63,917 nt of DNA, filler included, from Neoconidiobolus thromboides FSU 785 (GCA_025603075.1; 11 parts of 11 records of this genome joined end to end with filler, not necessarily neighbours in it), one strand, 5' to 3'; positions 1 to 13,054 are shown, counted from the whole stretch's first letter. Made by a program: numbers and translations. The notes: generated by a model from the letters alone, not told the origin.

Positions 1-1372
1 AAAACAGTATCAATCATATGTATTTCTACTACTGTTTTATCTATCTTATCATACTTGTTATGATTCAAACTTTATAAAATACTAAATAATAATTACTAAT
101 AAAAAAATATTAAAATTTGTCATTTTTTATTACAAAAGTTATTGTATTTTTATATATAACTGAATATGACTTGTATTAACAAATGTAAAGATATTGAATT
201 TACTTGATTAGTAATTAATGCTCTAAAAAACGATTGCAGCTGCTGATTGATAATTTTTTAACTATCCAGTGCTAGTTGTATAAATGCTAGTATTTACAAA
301 AGTATGATTTTTCATTAACGTGATGGAGTTTACAATATATGGGAATGTTCTTTGCCAATTGTTCTTTTTGTTTTCTAGAATTTAGAAGTTAACTAATGCA
401 GAGCTGTTTAAGTTCAAATGTGTGCTGGCAAATGATGAATTTTAGAACTATTTATTCTACATACTGATTTGAGGGTTATTTTTTTAAATGAAATTAACTA
501 GTATACATTTAAGCTTGAACAGAGTTATCTGTATTAGTTAATTTCTAAATTTTAGAAAAATAACAAAAAGGATAATTGACAAAAAAGATTTCCATGTAAT
601 GGAATAATCATCAACAGAAATACTCTCAATTTCCATGTGAAATATCTGAGTCAATGTTAAAGCTTCATTTTGACCATCACTGTCATTTTTGAAATACATG
701 TTTATAATACCTTACTGTATAAGTCACCAAGTGTATATCCCTATTTTATCATCTGAATTAATATAAATTTTGACACAACATTTAGCTTGTTGTTTTTAAC
801 TATAATACTTAATTTAGAATAAGAGACCATTTCACTTAATAGAGTTATAAAATTTGCTTATTATTTTAGTATTTTATTTATAATTTCGCGCCTACAATAA
901 TCTGTTATCCTAAAAAGGGTTACCTCAACTTAATCTAAAATTATATAGTCTTATAGTAGACTTTTCAGCTTATATGCCTACTCCAATATAATATCAAACT
1001 TTGATTTACCTAGAAGAATATCAATCACACTTTTTTGCTTACTTTTTAAATAAAATTGACTGCTGTTTATTACTTTAATAAAATATATTCAAATAAATAA
1101 CTCTTAATTTTTTATTAGTGAATTGAGAAGTTTAGATTTAATAAGTGTTCCTATACTATTATAAAAATGCCTTAATATATATATTTATTACTTATTGTAA
1201 GTAAAGAGCAAAACTTAATATTAAACTTTATAAGGTTTTTATTAATTTACTATTTTCATTAAAATACAAACAATGCAAATAGTTTAGAAGATTAATATTT
1301 AAAATCCAACCAATCATTGGATCCTCTAAAGTTCAATTAAGCCATTTGATATTTCAAAATATTCTTATTGAG

Positions 1373-3295
1373 ATGACAGTGACAACTAAAAAGAAGAACA
1401 ATAAAACCAAGGGTATAGTAAAAGTAATTTTAAGAGGATATTGTTTTAACTTTTAATATAGTGGTTGAAGAAGCCTCCACTGTAAATCGTGGTGCCATAA
1501 ACTACCACTGCGATTATTGTCAAGTAGACATTGTAGATCACAGGATTCGGTGTAACGAGTGTGAAGAGTTTGATTTATGTGTATTTTGTTTTTCCCATGG
1601 AGTAGAAATAGCTGGGCATAAAAGAAATCATTCTTATAGCATTATTGTATTTCCATTTATTTATTTATAATTGTTTCCTAATCAAATATAGAAAAAACAT
1701 ACTTTCCCTATATTTGATGAAAAATGGGGAGCAGATGAAGAATTGTTGCTAATAGAAGCCTTAGAAATGTATGGAATTGGTGCTTGGGCAGATTGTGCCG
1801 AATATCTTGGTTCGAAAACTAAAGATGAATGTAGGGATCATTATATCAATACGTATTTAAAATCAGAAATATGTCCTTTACCAGTAATCCAGTTCAACAA
1901 CTCTTTATTCATTTACTTATATATTAGGATACGACTAAGAATTTTGATCCAGAGATTGATACAACACTAAGTAGAAAATATTATAAAGCAGGAGGTAAAA
2001 TGATTCTTAATTTTAATGCGTATTATTAATTTCTTTTTATCTCTTTTTAAGTGGCTAAAAACAAAGTAATTTAACTTCTTGTTATTTATAGAAACTTCAA
2101 TTTACATTTGCCGCATTTAGGTTTGGGCTTCACAACCTTCTAACCATGATGTACAAGGCTTCATGCCTGGAAGATTAGAGTTTGAAACTGAGTATGATAA
2201 TGAAGGAGAGAATGCAATCAAAGAGATAGCATTCCATGAAGATGATCATCCTGAAGAAGTAGGTATGAACAATATGTATTTAATAAGCTTCTGTAGTAAA
2301 ATCAATAAATAGAATTTAAACTGGCGCTACTGGATTCATATAACAATAAATTAAACAAACGAGAATATCGTAAAAGGTTTTTAACGTTACACAATTTAAC
2401 CGAATATAAAAAGGTAATTTTATATATGTTTATAATTATTTACTAAGATTTTTAGAACCAAGCAATTGATAAAAAAAGAAGTAGAGAAGGGAGGCAAATT
2501 TACAATGGATTAAAAGTATTTGCACGCTTACAGTCCCCAGATGACTACAAGGAGTTATGCCAAGGATTAATTAGTAATAGCAGAACTGTTAATGAATGAA
2601 TCATAAAACTTAATTTTAATGTAGAAGAAGAACAAATAAAAAATCAAATTTTAAAATTGCAAGAATATAAAAAGAATGGACTCAGTAACTTTGAAGAAGT
2701 TGAAGAATTTGAATCTGCTAAATCAGTCAGAGTAACCCATAGCATTTTTAGTTTATTTGTTTGATAGTTATTTATTTATTTTAGAGCATCACTATCAAAC
2801 CTAGCCTTCCGAAAGATCGCAACACCTCTTTTGTGGTTGATAAAGCAGTACTTTCCCACTCTGCTATCAAATGGCCTGATTCTACGGCACCAGTAAAATT
2901 TAATTACATATGTTTGATATAGAGGCTAATTGAAAATATAGGCAGTAAATATTGAAACGGTTGAAAAACAAAGAACGATAGGACGTAAAGCAAGTAAGTT
3001 TAATATTCTAATTTAAAAGAAAAATATTTATTTTTAAGTTCAACCACTTGATATTAGTGGAGCTGAAGGAATTGAGCTCCTTCTCCCTGATGAAATTCAG
3101 TTATGCTCTGCATTAAGGTTGTACCCAAAGACATACCTTAGTATTAAAGAAACTTTAATTAAAGAATGTGCTACACGTGGGTCATTGAGAAGACGTCAAG
3201 CTAGGGAGCTAATTAAAATTGATGTCAATAAGACTGCTAGAGTCTATGACTTTTTATCTATGATGGGTTGGGTTCGTGCCCATCCTCAAACTTAA
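1373..3295 (+). CDS. ADA2: Transcriptional adapter 2 (SAGA/ADA subunit), 12 exons
   Basis: Spliced by eye across 11 GT-AG introns. ZZ zinc finger ([30 protein letters not shown]), SANT domain ([28 protein letters not shown]), [16 protein letters not shown] motif and C-terminal SWIRM ([12 protein letters not shown]). ATG at 1373, TAA at 3293-3295. Confidence 0.95.
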
Positions 3296-3439
3296 CCTTT
3301 TAAAATGTTATCACTATTAAATTATTTGACTTAATTTCTGTATAATTTGTTTTGACTATATTTATATGAAGGTCATTATGAATTCAAGGTTAAATAGCGA
3401 TACGAAATCTTATTGAAACTTTATTTAAATTAAAATATT

Positions 3440-3800
3440 CTATAAAATTATTATATAAGTGTAAATCAAGTTTTTAGGAGTTATTTTTGAAAGCACCATT
3501 TTTAAGACTATTATTATATACAATATTAGTTTAAAATCGGAATTTTGCTTTAAAAATATAATCCGATTTTTACAAACTCGATTGATTTGTAACATTACCT
3601 CATTCAAATTTTTGAAAGCAATCGGAATGCTTACGTCAACAAAAAGCAGTATACTAAATATATTGATAAAATACTTAGCCCATATCACCCTAAAATTTTC
3701 AATTCGGTCCAATTTAAAGCTATAAAGTACATGGTGAACACTCCAAAGGACTAAGATAAGTATTAGTATATTTTAAAACCTTTTTAGAATTTTTTGTTAA
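3440..3800 (-). pseudogene. Possible decayed Tc1/IS630-like transposase fragment
   Basis: The minus frame reads LYSFKLDRIENFRVIW, loosely like the PYSPxLNPIENxW motif. No other support. Confidence 0.2.
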
Positions 3801-4099
3801 ATTGTTTTGTTAGATTTGTTAAAGTTATTCACCTATATGATAGAAATGGACGAAAGGAGTTAATCATAATTCATATTAAATATTATATGATATCTAGATG
3901 ACTGTCACTTCCAACTTTTTTTGCATATTAAATTGAGTTAGATAACCTTGGTTTAATATATTATCAGTGATAAATAATTCAAAAATAAGAGAATAAGAGG
4001 ATGTTAAATATGCAATATATTAAACCAGTTTAAAAATAAATTTTAATCAAGGTTACTTGTTATAAATAAAAATTTTAAAGTTAGAGTAACATAACACAC

Positions 4100-4977
4100 T
4101 TAAATGTTCAACATATGGCCCATTCTAAGTACTTTGGTTCTAATATAGGAATTTAACTCAGTTTCTTTTTCACTAAATAACTTTGGTATCATCGCAATCC
4201 TATTTTCAACTTTAATTCCCAAGTCCTGAATCGTATTAACTTTTTTGGGATTGTTTGTTAATAATTGAACCTTATTGATATCAAAATCCTTGTAAATTAA
4301 TTGTGCTATTTTATAATCTCTTCCATCTTCCGGTAATCCTAACTTTAAATTGGCATCAACAGTGTCATATCCAATATCCTGTAAATTATAAGCCCTAATT
4401 ATTTTAGATTAATTAAAATATCAATAAATAATAAAAATTATTACCTCAACTTATTTAATAATCCAATGTTACGGCCTTCCTGTCTTAAATATAAAAGTAT
4501 ACCGTCACCATTTTGTTTGATTAAATTCAAAGCCAAATCTAATTGTTCCCCACAATCACACCTTTTTGACCCAATAGTTTCACCAGTGAAACACTCTGAA
4601 TGGATTCTAGATAGCGGAATAAGGTCTTCTGGTGTATTGACTATGCTATCTTCAGCACCACGTATCAATCTTTGATAATCATTATCATTTACCCATTTTT
4701 GGTTCAAGGATTTGCTTTTTATCTTTTCACCATATACGATAGCCAAATGCTCTTTGTTATCTTGATTATTTTGATATAAATGCACATAGAAGTTGCCATA
4801 CTCCATTGGTATTCTCGTTCTTACCATACATCTTATTTGTAGTTGTTGACTCTCATCATATACTTTTGGATGAGAGTTCATTTCAATTATTGGCGTTGTT
4901 ACACTAGATTTTGGACTACATTCGCCAGATGAACTGTTGTTAGATGTTAAGCCAGGTAAATCAGTAATATTTAACAT
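4100..4977 (-). CDS. RIB1: GTP cyclohydrolase II (riboflavin biosynthesis), 2 exons
   Basis: RIHSECFTGETIGSKRCDCGEQL and YLRQEGRNIGLLNKLR, then an intron at ~4395-4444, then AYNLQDIGYDTVDANLKLG...LLTNNPKK. Stop at 4100-4102. Confidence 0.95.
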
Positions 4978-5574
4978 TTAAATAATAATTGCAATACAAA
5001 AATCTAAAAATAAATTAAATACATGATTTGTATGAAATTATATACTAATACCTTGTTTTAAGATAAAGAGATATAGACAACTCAAAAGAGCAAAAAAAAC
5101 TTGTAAAAATAGTTGGTTAATTTTCTATGGTATCCTTTTTATATTATTATTCCTAACCCAAGGAATATTACTAATTTTTTTACCTTTAATCATCACAATA
5201 ATTTTGTTCTTAATGATTGGCTGCTTTCTTTTAGCCTTATCTTTTCCTATTGGTCCTTCGAAATTATTATTATTATTAATTTTAATTTTTCAGATGATTA
5301 TAAATATAAAACGGATAGCATTGAAAGTTAAAATAATAGCAATAAAATAATAATAACTAAATAAACAAGGCCTATATTAGTTTAATATAATTAGTTGTAT
5401 TAATAAAAACAGTATAAGTTTCGCTTTTAAATATTTTGTATTTTATATTAATGTTAATATTAGCCTAATTAATATCTCTTTTCTGGTTAAACCATTTAAT
5501 TTAAGCTTAGGTAATCACAAATTAAAATTATAAAGCAGGTAATATTATAATTTATCACAAATGTTTAATTTATT

Positions 5575-6141
5575 TTACAAATTAGTAATTTGAATTAAAA
5601 AGAAAATGAAAAAGACACCATAATAATAATTAGTGTTAACCAATAGCTTAAAAGCATTAGAGGCTGAAGAGATACCAGAGTTGGTTTTGTAACCTACTGA
5701 TAAAGATCCTAAGGTATAAGAATTATAAAGTGAGCCCACAATAGGAGTATTAGTATCCTGACTAAGACCATTAGTTGGTACGATAATCTGTGTTGCACCA
5801 GCTTGAATTATAACACTACCAGACGCTTTCGCAACCTGAAAAAAATTATCACCACTCATATTATTATTTACTCCACTACAATAACTAGCCATTTGCTGTT
5901 CTATTTCAGCTTTACGACCTAAGCTCATCAAGTCATTAGGACAATTAGCATAGCAGCCTATTAGATTGGGCAACCTTTCACAAAAGCATTCGTAGTTTTC
6001 CAGGCTACCAGATTGACAATAACTATTTATACTTTCACTCTGTTGAGCTATACATTTATCCATTACCTCTCTAGTAGAACATTCACAATTAATTAAATTC
6101 AGAAATAAGAAAAATGATAATAATTGAAATAACTTAAACAT
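5575..6141 (-). CDS. Secreted 8-Cys (CFEM-like) protein, probably GPI-anchored
   Basis: Signal peptide, C-x7-C-x11-C-x9-CxC-x8-C-x3-C-x20-C pattern (CYANCPND), Ser/Thr/Gly-rich stalk and hydrophobic C-terminus. Confidence 0.8.
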   Translation of the reverse strand: MFKLFQLLSFFLFLNLINCECSTREVMDKCIAQQSESINSYCQSGSLENYECFCERLPNLIGCYANCPNDLMSLGRKAEIEQQMASYCSGVNNNMSGDNFFQVAKASGSVIIQAGATQIIVPTNGLSQDTNTPIVGSLYNSYTLGSLSVGYKTNSGISSASNAFKLLVNTNYYYGVFFIFFLIQITNL

Positions 6142-6832
6142 GATATTATATTGAATACTGAGTTAATACATTTTATATGTATTTATATACTTAATGGAAA
6201 ACAGTTAAAAATTGACACGCTTTTTAATAATAAAATTTAGTTAATTTTGTTCTATTTCATTCTTTTCAATCCCTAAATTTACTATTTTTGATTAATTATA
6301 AAAATGAGGTACAAAAATATATCAATTTCAAGTTGTTCACGACTTGGTATCACAAAAATAATATTTTCAAAAATAAAGATACAATTTTGACTTTTGAACT
6401 AACTATAAAATAAAAGAACTGTTTCAGTTTACAATTCATATCTCCAAAGCCGATATAAAACTATTTAATTGAGTCATAATCCTTGGTACAGAGCTATCAT
6501 CCTCACTTTATTTTAATTATATTGGCTTGGCCATGCCATTTAATGTTTAATTTAAGTAATTCATTAATTACCAATGTAAATCATAAATTAAAAAATAAAC
6601 CGTTAACTTAAAACTTAACAAAAAGGTAATATAAAATAAAAGTTAAAAAGGCATGTTTTTCAGTTAACTTAGAGCATGCGATAATGACAATAATAAATCA
6701 TGAGGAGAGTATCAACAAAGAAAATAGTAAGAGGTAAGGCCTAAAATCGAAGTAGTATAAAGGCACTAAAATTTATCGATATTTTGATATAAGTTTTAAA
6801 GACAATTAGAAATCAATTTACTATTATTAAGC

Positions 6833-7366
6833 ATGTACAAATTCACCATCCTTTTATTATCTACCTTTATTGGCTTTATTTTGGCCAATAACTGTAACAG
6901 TGCCACCCAATGCGTAGCGCAGCAGAAGCAGGCAATTCAAAGCGCCTGTGGTGGTGTAAGCCAATCTGAAAGCTGTCTTTGCCAGCAATATCAAAGTATG
7001 ATAGCTTCTTGTTTAAGTAACTGTAGTGACCCAACTTCAATGCAATTAATGCAAAGCATCCAAAGTGATTCTTCAAGCTACTGCTCTGGTGCTATGGCCA
7101 ATCCTATGGCCAACTCTATGCCTTTTAACAATAATTTCCTTGCTACGCCCATTATTGGTGGCTCCCAATCCTCTCTTATTATCAATGATGGTCCCACTGG
7201 TATTGCTATCCCAGTTCAAACTAACGCTTTCGGTAACCAAGGTTTTGGTAATCAAGCTACTGTTTCATTGTCTAACACTCCAATTAAGATATCTAGTGCC
7301 TATGATTTACAACCTAGATATTTAATTCTAGTCTCTCTAGCTTTATCATTAGCATTCGTGTTTTAA
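6833..7366 (+). CDS. Secreted 8-Cys (CFEM-like) protein, probably GPI-anchored; paralog of 5575-6141
   Basis: Signal peptide, same Cys spacing (C-x5-C-x11-C-x8-CxC-x9-C-x3-C-x19-C), shared CxAQQ and SYCSG motifs, hydrophobic tail. Confidence 0.8.
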   Translation: MYKFTILLLSTFIGFILANNCNSATQCVAQQKQAIQSACGGVSQSESCLCQQYQSMIASCLSNCSDPTSMQLMQSIQSDSSSYCSGAMANPMANSMPFNNNFLATPIIGGSQSSLIINDGPTGIAIPVQTNAFGNQGFGNQATVSLSNTPIKISSAYDLQPRYLILVSLALSLAFVF

Positions 7367-7500
7367 ATTTAGAATTATATAAAAATAAAAAATAATACTT
7401 TACTAACATTTATTAATTTGGGTTTTTCATACATATAATAATATAGATTTTAAAGATATGAATCAATTTGTAATTTTTTTCAATATGATGACCACATTAA

Positions 7501-7712
7501 ATTCAATTTTATTGTTATATGAAGATATTTTAATTTTATCACTTTTTCCTTTTTCTAAGCACTATTTGAGTGGATAAGTTATTAGTAAAATCCTTAAAAA
7601 AATCATTACCATGTGGAGGTGTTTTTTTTGGCTTCATTACTTTCTCCATCTTTTAAGCAGTATTTAAACAAAAAAATTGTCAGTAAAATTCTTAAACACA
7701 AAATACGTCCTC
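7501..7712. mobile_element. Two tandem copies of the ~97-bp GGGG-TIR MITE (first degenerate; second 7616-7712)
   Basis: Both contain the core CTATTT(G/A)A...AGTAAAAT(T/C)CTTAAA. Confidence 0.75.
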
Positions 7713-8197
7713 ATATGAATATTTACTATTACAAATTCCCTTATATGCCAAAAAAATCAATAGAGGGACTTATGCTACTAAATTCATCAAATTATACATT
7801 ATTAATTCAAATTTTTAAAACAATAATATCCACCATTATAACTTATCTTCAAATCTGACACCCTACTAACATTGTATTATAATATGCTCTTATTATTAAA
7901 GCATAATATAAAGGTCCCTTTGAATATTTATTAGCACAACAAAAGTTGCTAAAACCGAAACAATTTAAATGCCCTTTAAGATTGGGCAAATATTTTTTAT
8001 TACATAAAAATTGTGCGTGATTAATCCTCAAATTATAATTACAATCAAAGATAAATCATTAGCTATTTAGCATAAAAGTATAATAAAACTATAGTAAAAA
8101 AAACATTTAGAAAATGTGTTTTTTGATTTATTGCCTTCATGTTTTCTAAGTAGCCTAAGATTTTATAAAATTTATTTATTAAATAGAAAAAACACAT

Positions 8198-8295
8198 GAG
8201 GATATATTTCTTTGCTTAAGAATTTTACTAACAATCTTTCCGCTCAAATAGTGCTTAGAAATGGAAAAAGTAACGAGACCAAAAAAAACATTCCC
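8198..8295. mobile_element. MITE copy
   Basis: GAGGATAT...ACATTCCC, flanked by an ACAT/ACAT duplication. Confidence 0.85.
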
Positions 8296-8379
8296 ACATT
8301 TTGTTTTTTTAGTATTTATATTTAATTTAACTTTTTATCAATAGATTAAAGCAGGAAAAAGCTAACCCTGAGTTTAAAT

Positions 8380-8700
8380 TTACCTGATATAAGGTCCAAC
8401 CATTAAGGGTGTTTAGCAGCGTACAATAATAGAGGTATTAAAGCTATTATTAGAAAGGCTCTTCAATACCGCCCCTCGTATATGGAATGCGCAAAAAGTT
8501 GTTGTGAATTATACGGGGATTAAGCCCTTCGTCTAGCCTACAATTTAACAAGCAGAAATTTTATGCAAGGCTGTACTGTCAAAATGACTAATAGGAATAG
8601 GTTTAGGAATAAGCCTATTTTAATCCTTAACACAAAATCTATAAATTTTTGTTTAGTAAGATATGGACAAAAATTGTATGAGATATAACATATTATCAAT
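8380..8700 (+). pseudogene. Unidentified decayed coding-like stretch
   Basis: Locally higher GC. One frame reads ~100 codons with only a few stops (..YNNRGIKAIIRKALQYRPSYMECAKSCCELYGD*ALRLAYNL..). No family recognised. Confidence 0.25.
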
Positions 8701-9445
8701 TTTAGATTGATAGTTGTGTGTTAGAGCCTTTTATAACTAAAAGTAATTAGAAATTAAATTCTAGTTTAGTATAAAAAATTACCCTTAAAATCTATAACTT
8801 TATGAAATGCTTCAAATTGAATAATTAACAGTTAAAGAGCTATTATGAAAAGACAATAGCATATAATAAAAGTTAATATACAAATCTTTCCAAAAAGATT
8901 ATACGAGATCTAACGGATTATATTAAAACCTAAGCATATTCAAAGCTTGTTATTACTTTATATTGAAGTATAAAGCACCATTAACCATTATAAGATGCTG
9001 TCTAAATGTAAAATAACAGAAATAGGTTTAACTTTATAGTGATAACACCTTCTCATATTATATAAAGTAGGATGAAATCAAAAATTGTAGTTTTAAACAT
9101 TACAATTTATATATTATTATAAAGTAAAAAATAGAATATTTTTAAAGATTTGAAGTTAAATTGAGTTTATTAAAAAACTACTAAAAAAAGTAACCGAAAT
9201 TCATTAAAGTGTGCCCAACCTAAGAAATGTNNNNNNNNNNNNNNNNNNNNNNNNNNNNNNNNNNNNNNNNNNNNTTAATTAATTAANNNNNNNNNNNNNN
9301 NNNNNNNNNNNNNNNNNNNNNNNNNNNNNNAGCTTTTATTTAGAAAGTTTGCAAAAATCAATATATGAACAGATACAAGAAGTCATTTTAGATATCAAGG
9401 AGTTCCTGTTCCTACCTTATATATTTAAAAAAATTCATAATAAAT

Positions 9446-9542
9446 GGGGATGTATTTTTTCATTTAAGAATTTACTAACAATTTTTCCACTCAAATAACA
9501 CTTAAAAGATGGAAAAAGTAGTGAAATAAAAAAGACATCCTC
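9446..9542. mobile_element. MITE copy
   Basis: GGGGATGT...ACATCCTC, AAAT/AAAT TSD. Confidence 0.9.
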
Positions 9543-9821
9543 AAATAGTAGTTTAAATATGAATTAATTAATTTCAAGGTTTGAGGGCTTTTATTTGAGA
9601 ACATAAAATTAATAACTCGACTATTAATAATGGGAAAACAGATATAATTTTCAGAAAATAAAAAATTATCCGGTATCTGATAAATTAAAAAAATCGAATA
9701 TAACTTTAGTTAAAGTTATAAAGTTTATAGAAAACAAAATTATTGAAATCAACCCCCAGTTTATCTTATAAAAATAACAAAAATCTCAAAATTTTAAAAT
9801 TTATTAGATAATTTATCCAAT

Positions 9822-9920
9822 GGAGATGTATTTTTTTATTTGAGAATTTTACTAACAAGGTTTCCGCTCAAATAGCCCTTAAAAGATGGAAAAAGTAATG
9901 AAACCAAAAAAATCATCCCC
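9822..9920. mobile_element. MITE copy
   Basis: GGAGATGT...CATCCCC, with internal GT(9828)...TACTAAC...AG(9875). Confidence 0.9.
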
Positions 9921-9934
9921 ATATAATGAATTCA

Positions 9935-10448
9935 GAGTTCTTTAATTTGGTGTAAGAATTTTTACAACCTAATTATGAAAAACTTTTTTTTTGATGTCCA
10001 TAATTAGTAACTATAGTAAGGAATAACTACTATTATCATGTTTTTATATTGGGATGTTTTTTTGGTCTCATTTACTTTTCTTATTTTTAAGCACTGGTTT
10101 GAGCTGAAAAATTCTCAGTAAAGTTCTTAACCACAAAAACATATCCCAATGTATAATTAGAGTATAAAAAAACTTCTCGACATAATAGCTCAAAGCTTTT
10201 TGATTAAATTATTCTTTGATGTTATACTTTTGATAAAGCTATTAAACCTTTTTTATAGTATTTTATATAAATTTTGTAGTAATATCATCCTACTTAATTT
10301 ATATAACTAAAATATAATTGGATTATGAAAAATAGTACATAATAAATAAGCTACAAACTATATAAAGTAAATAAAGATCTTTTGACTTACAGCTAGTTAA
10401 TCAAACAAAAACTGTTTTTACTCTAATTACTGAGTACTAACTCTTACA
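9935..10448 (-). repeat. Degenerate copy of the TGTAAAATCTGGTACTCAG (LTR-like) family, interrupted by a MITE and with an internal inversion
   Basis: The reverse complement matches 23707-24110 and 39383-39770. Segment ~10293-10378 matches in forward orientation. Confidence 0.6.
10050..10147. mobile_element. MITE copy inserted in the LTR-like repeat
   Basis: GGGATGTTTT...ACATATCCC; the host repeat continues on both sides. Confidence 0.85.
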
Positions 10449-11307
10449 ATATTAATAATATAATTACAATGTTAAAACAATTTAAAATTGTCAAGTATTT
10501 TTGCTTTTTAAAAAATAACATTATGTATTTCTATACTAGCTGCACTAATTAATTTAATTAAAACCAACTTTTTTAAAAATTAATAGCTTATAATATTTAA
10601 AAAAGTTAATTTTTGGATGTTTATATTGAAATTTATTGCTATGTTTGAAATTACCAATAATAAAAAACTTTATGCATTAATTTTTTATATTGGTAAATTT
10701 TCTAACTGATATATAAAAATAGCTTGGTTTATATTGAAAATTATACTTATCAGAGTTAAATATTTATGTATGAATTTTATTACTAATTATTACATTGCAG
10801 TAAAATTTGCTTTAATTGCTATTTTATTCTCCAATATAAAGCTAAGTAATATTGGATTAATCAGATTAAATTTTAACTCCAAACTCTCTTTGTTAAGATT
10901 ATTTTACCATTACCAGTTTAAACACTGTAGTCTTATAAAAGGAAATTCATAACCAATACTTTTCTCGTATTTATATAAATAATTGGATAAATTAATCTCG
11001 AGAATATAAATTAATATATAGTTACTCCAACTCTATTATGACCTGCTTGCGGTAATTTTTAGAGTCAGTCATCTGCTTTTTTCTGTTTTTATAGTACTAA
11101 ATCTTTTGATTTAGTATGATTTTGGAGAAATTTTATTTGTAAATGGATAGTTAGTTGTGACATAATAGATTTGCAATAACCGCAATGGACTATCATCAGA
11201 TTTAAGATGAACAAAAACACACCAATAAAATACTAAAGCATGATTTTGCTAAGTAATATAATAATAATTGAAATGAAACAATAACTAATTTTTTATATCT
11301 TAATATA

Positions 11308-11703
11308 ATGAAATTTAACCTTATTTGCTTTTTTTTGGCAACTGCTTTAAGTGAAGAGTTGTACTGCAGTAGCAAAGATAACACGATATTTCATGGATTG
11401 GGCCCAGAAGAATACGGGTATAAGTGTGAATGCAAATACCTAACTTCGGCTATAGCATGTCAAACGGGTAAAAAAGAGTCCAAAAAAGAATGTGAATTTA
11501 CAAAAGAAGAGAAAGAGAAAGGCTTTAATAAAATAAAATGTAGTTCTAGAGGCATTAAAGTGGTTTTGAATCAAAAAGAGTATATATTTGATAAGTTATT
11601 TTGTGACCGTTCTATGGCTCCAAGATGCTGGAGTAAAATGAATATTGGTGAGGATAATTATAATGGTAATATAAAAATTAGTAAGAAAATTGTTTTGGAA
11701 TAA
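11308..11703 (+). CDS. Small secreted Cys-rich protein (131 aa), unknown family
   Basis: ATG start, signal peptide MKFNLICFFLATALS, 8 Cys in the mature part; similar to 17881-18354. Confidence 0.75.
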   Translation: MKFNLICFFLATALSEELYCSSKDNTIFHGLGPEEYGYKCECKYLTSAIACQTGKKESKKECEFTKEEKEKGFNKIKCSSRGIKVVLNQKEYIFDKLFCDRSMAPRCWSKMNIGEDNYNGNIKISKKIVLE

Positions 11704-11752
11704 AATAACACCAAACTTTATATACTGAGATATTATAATGTATTATATTTTT

Positions 11753-13054
11753 TTATTCTTTTTTTAAATTGATAAAGGATAATTCTTCTTGAACATAATC
11801 TCCACATAAAATAGGAGGATATTTTTCAGAATTATCAGTTTCAATTAATGGTTTTAATAACACATCACTACCAACATGATAAAAGAGAGTAGAAGAAATA
11901 CGCCATAAGGATTTTTGATTTTGTTTAGCTTTTTCAATGGCCTATTATATTTATTAAATAAAATATGTATGTAAAATAAATAAATAATTACTTCAATAGT
12001 ACGTTCATTAACAATAACTTCATGGTATCCAGCTAATATTTTACCACCAGTCAACCATTCTAATTGTTTACCAGCTTGTACTAATAAATGACCATCTGGT
12101 ACTTTTACTGCCATTTTGTCTTTATTTCTTGCCCAGACATGTAATCCAGGGAAACGGGATTTACCATGAATAGTTAAGAAATTTAAATCGTAATGAAATC
12201 CTATATTAGTTAATATTATTAATATATACTATATTATATAATAATTACCAGCTAAAATAGTATTTAGTTGATTGTTAACTTTCAAATCAGATCCAGTAGG
12301 TGCTAAAAGATGAGGACCAAATTCACCCATTTTAGTAAATGTGTCTTTCTCCAAATTTAACCCAATAGCAATCATTTCACTTAATGTAGATACCGCTCCT
12401 TTCATTAAGTTTCCCCATTGATTCATTGTTTGTTCCCAGTTTGGGATAACTATAATTTATATCATTACTATTGTTATTATTATTATTAATTTATTGTTAC
12501 ATTCTGGGATAACAGGTGGTGGATTTAGTTTATTAAACTTAGTATCTTCTGGAATTTTACCCATGGACCAAAAGAATCTCCATTTAGGATCTGGTTTATT
12601 TGCAATCAACGGTTTATTGTCATCAGATAACTTTAATTTTAATAAAAACATAAGTACTATATATATTGCAGGTAATACTTACATCTTTAATTAATTCTTG
12701 ACATTTTAAATCACTTTTACATTTTGGATCTTCAACATTACCTGGTGTAACACCTACTTGATAATGATATTCTGGGCGACTATCTTTTAATTTTGTATCA
12801 TAGTCTTGCTCAAAGTAATTTTCTACGCAATCCAAAAACTCTTGGTTATATTCTTCTCTTACCCTTGGATCTTTCACTAATAACACGCCATAGTTAATTA
12901 AACTTTGTGCAGCCTATATGATGCTTTTCAGTTTGAGTTTATTAATACTTATATTTGTACTTACTTTTTCACATTCCTTTTTATACTCACTTTCATTCTC
13001 TTTATTGAGATAATTTTCAAAACTAATAATTGGAATTTCGATATTTAAACTCAT
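11753..13054 (-). CDS. 2-oxoglutarate/Fe(II)-dependent oxygenase (IPNS-like fold), multi-exon
   Basis: Spliced: MSLNIEIPIISFENY...YGVLLVKDPRV...DPKWRFFW...GPHLLAPTGSDL...FHYDLNFLTIHGKSRFPGL...AGYHEV...WRISSTLF. HxD...H iron ligands and RxS motif. Confidence 0.88.

Noticed and set aside
250-720. Possible integrase remnant on the minus strand (..KKNNWQRTFPYIVNSI..)
   Set aside because: A single weak motif; no D-D-E core could be reconstructed.
9231-9330. TTAATTAATTAA palindrome embedded in N runs, repeated identically ten times (also 24719, 33098, 47526, 49257, 51332, 53908, 55298, 58931, 62809)
   Set aside because: It is a scaffolding gap placeholder (N44-linker-N44), not biological. It generates the spurious X..LIN ends in the ORF track.
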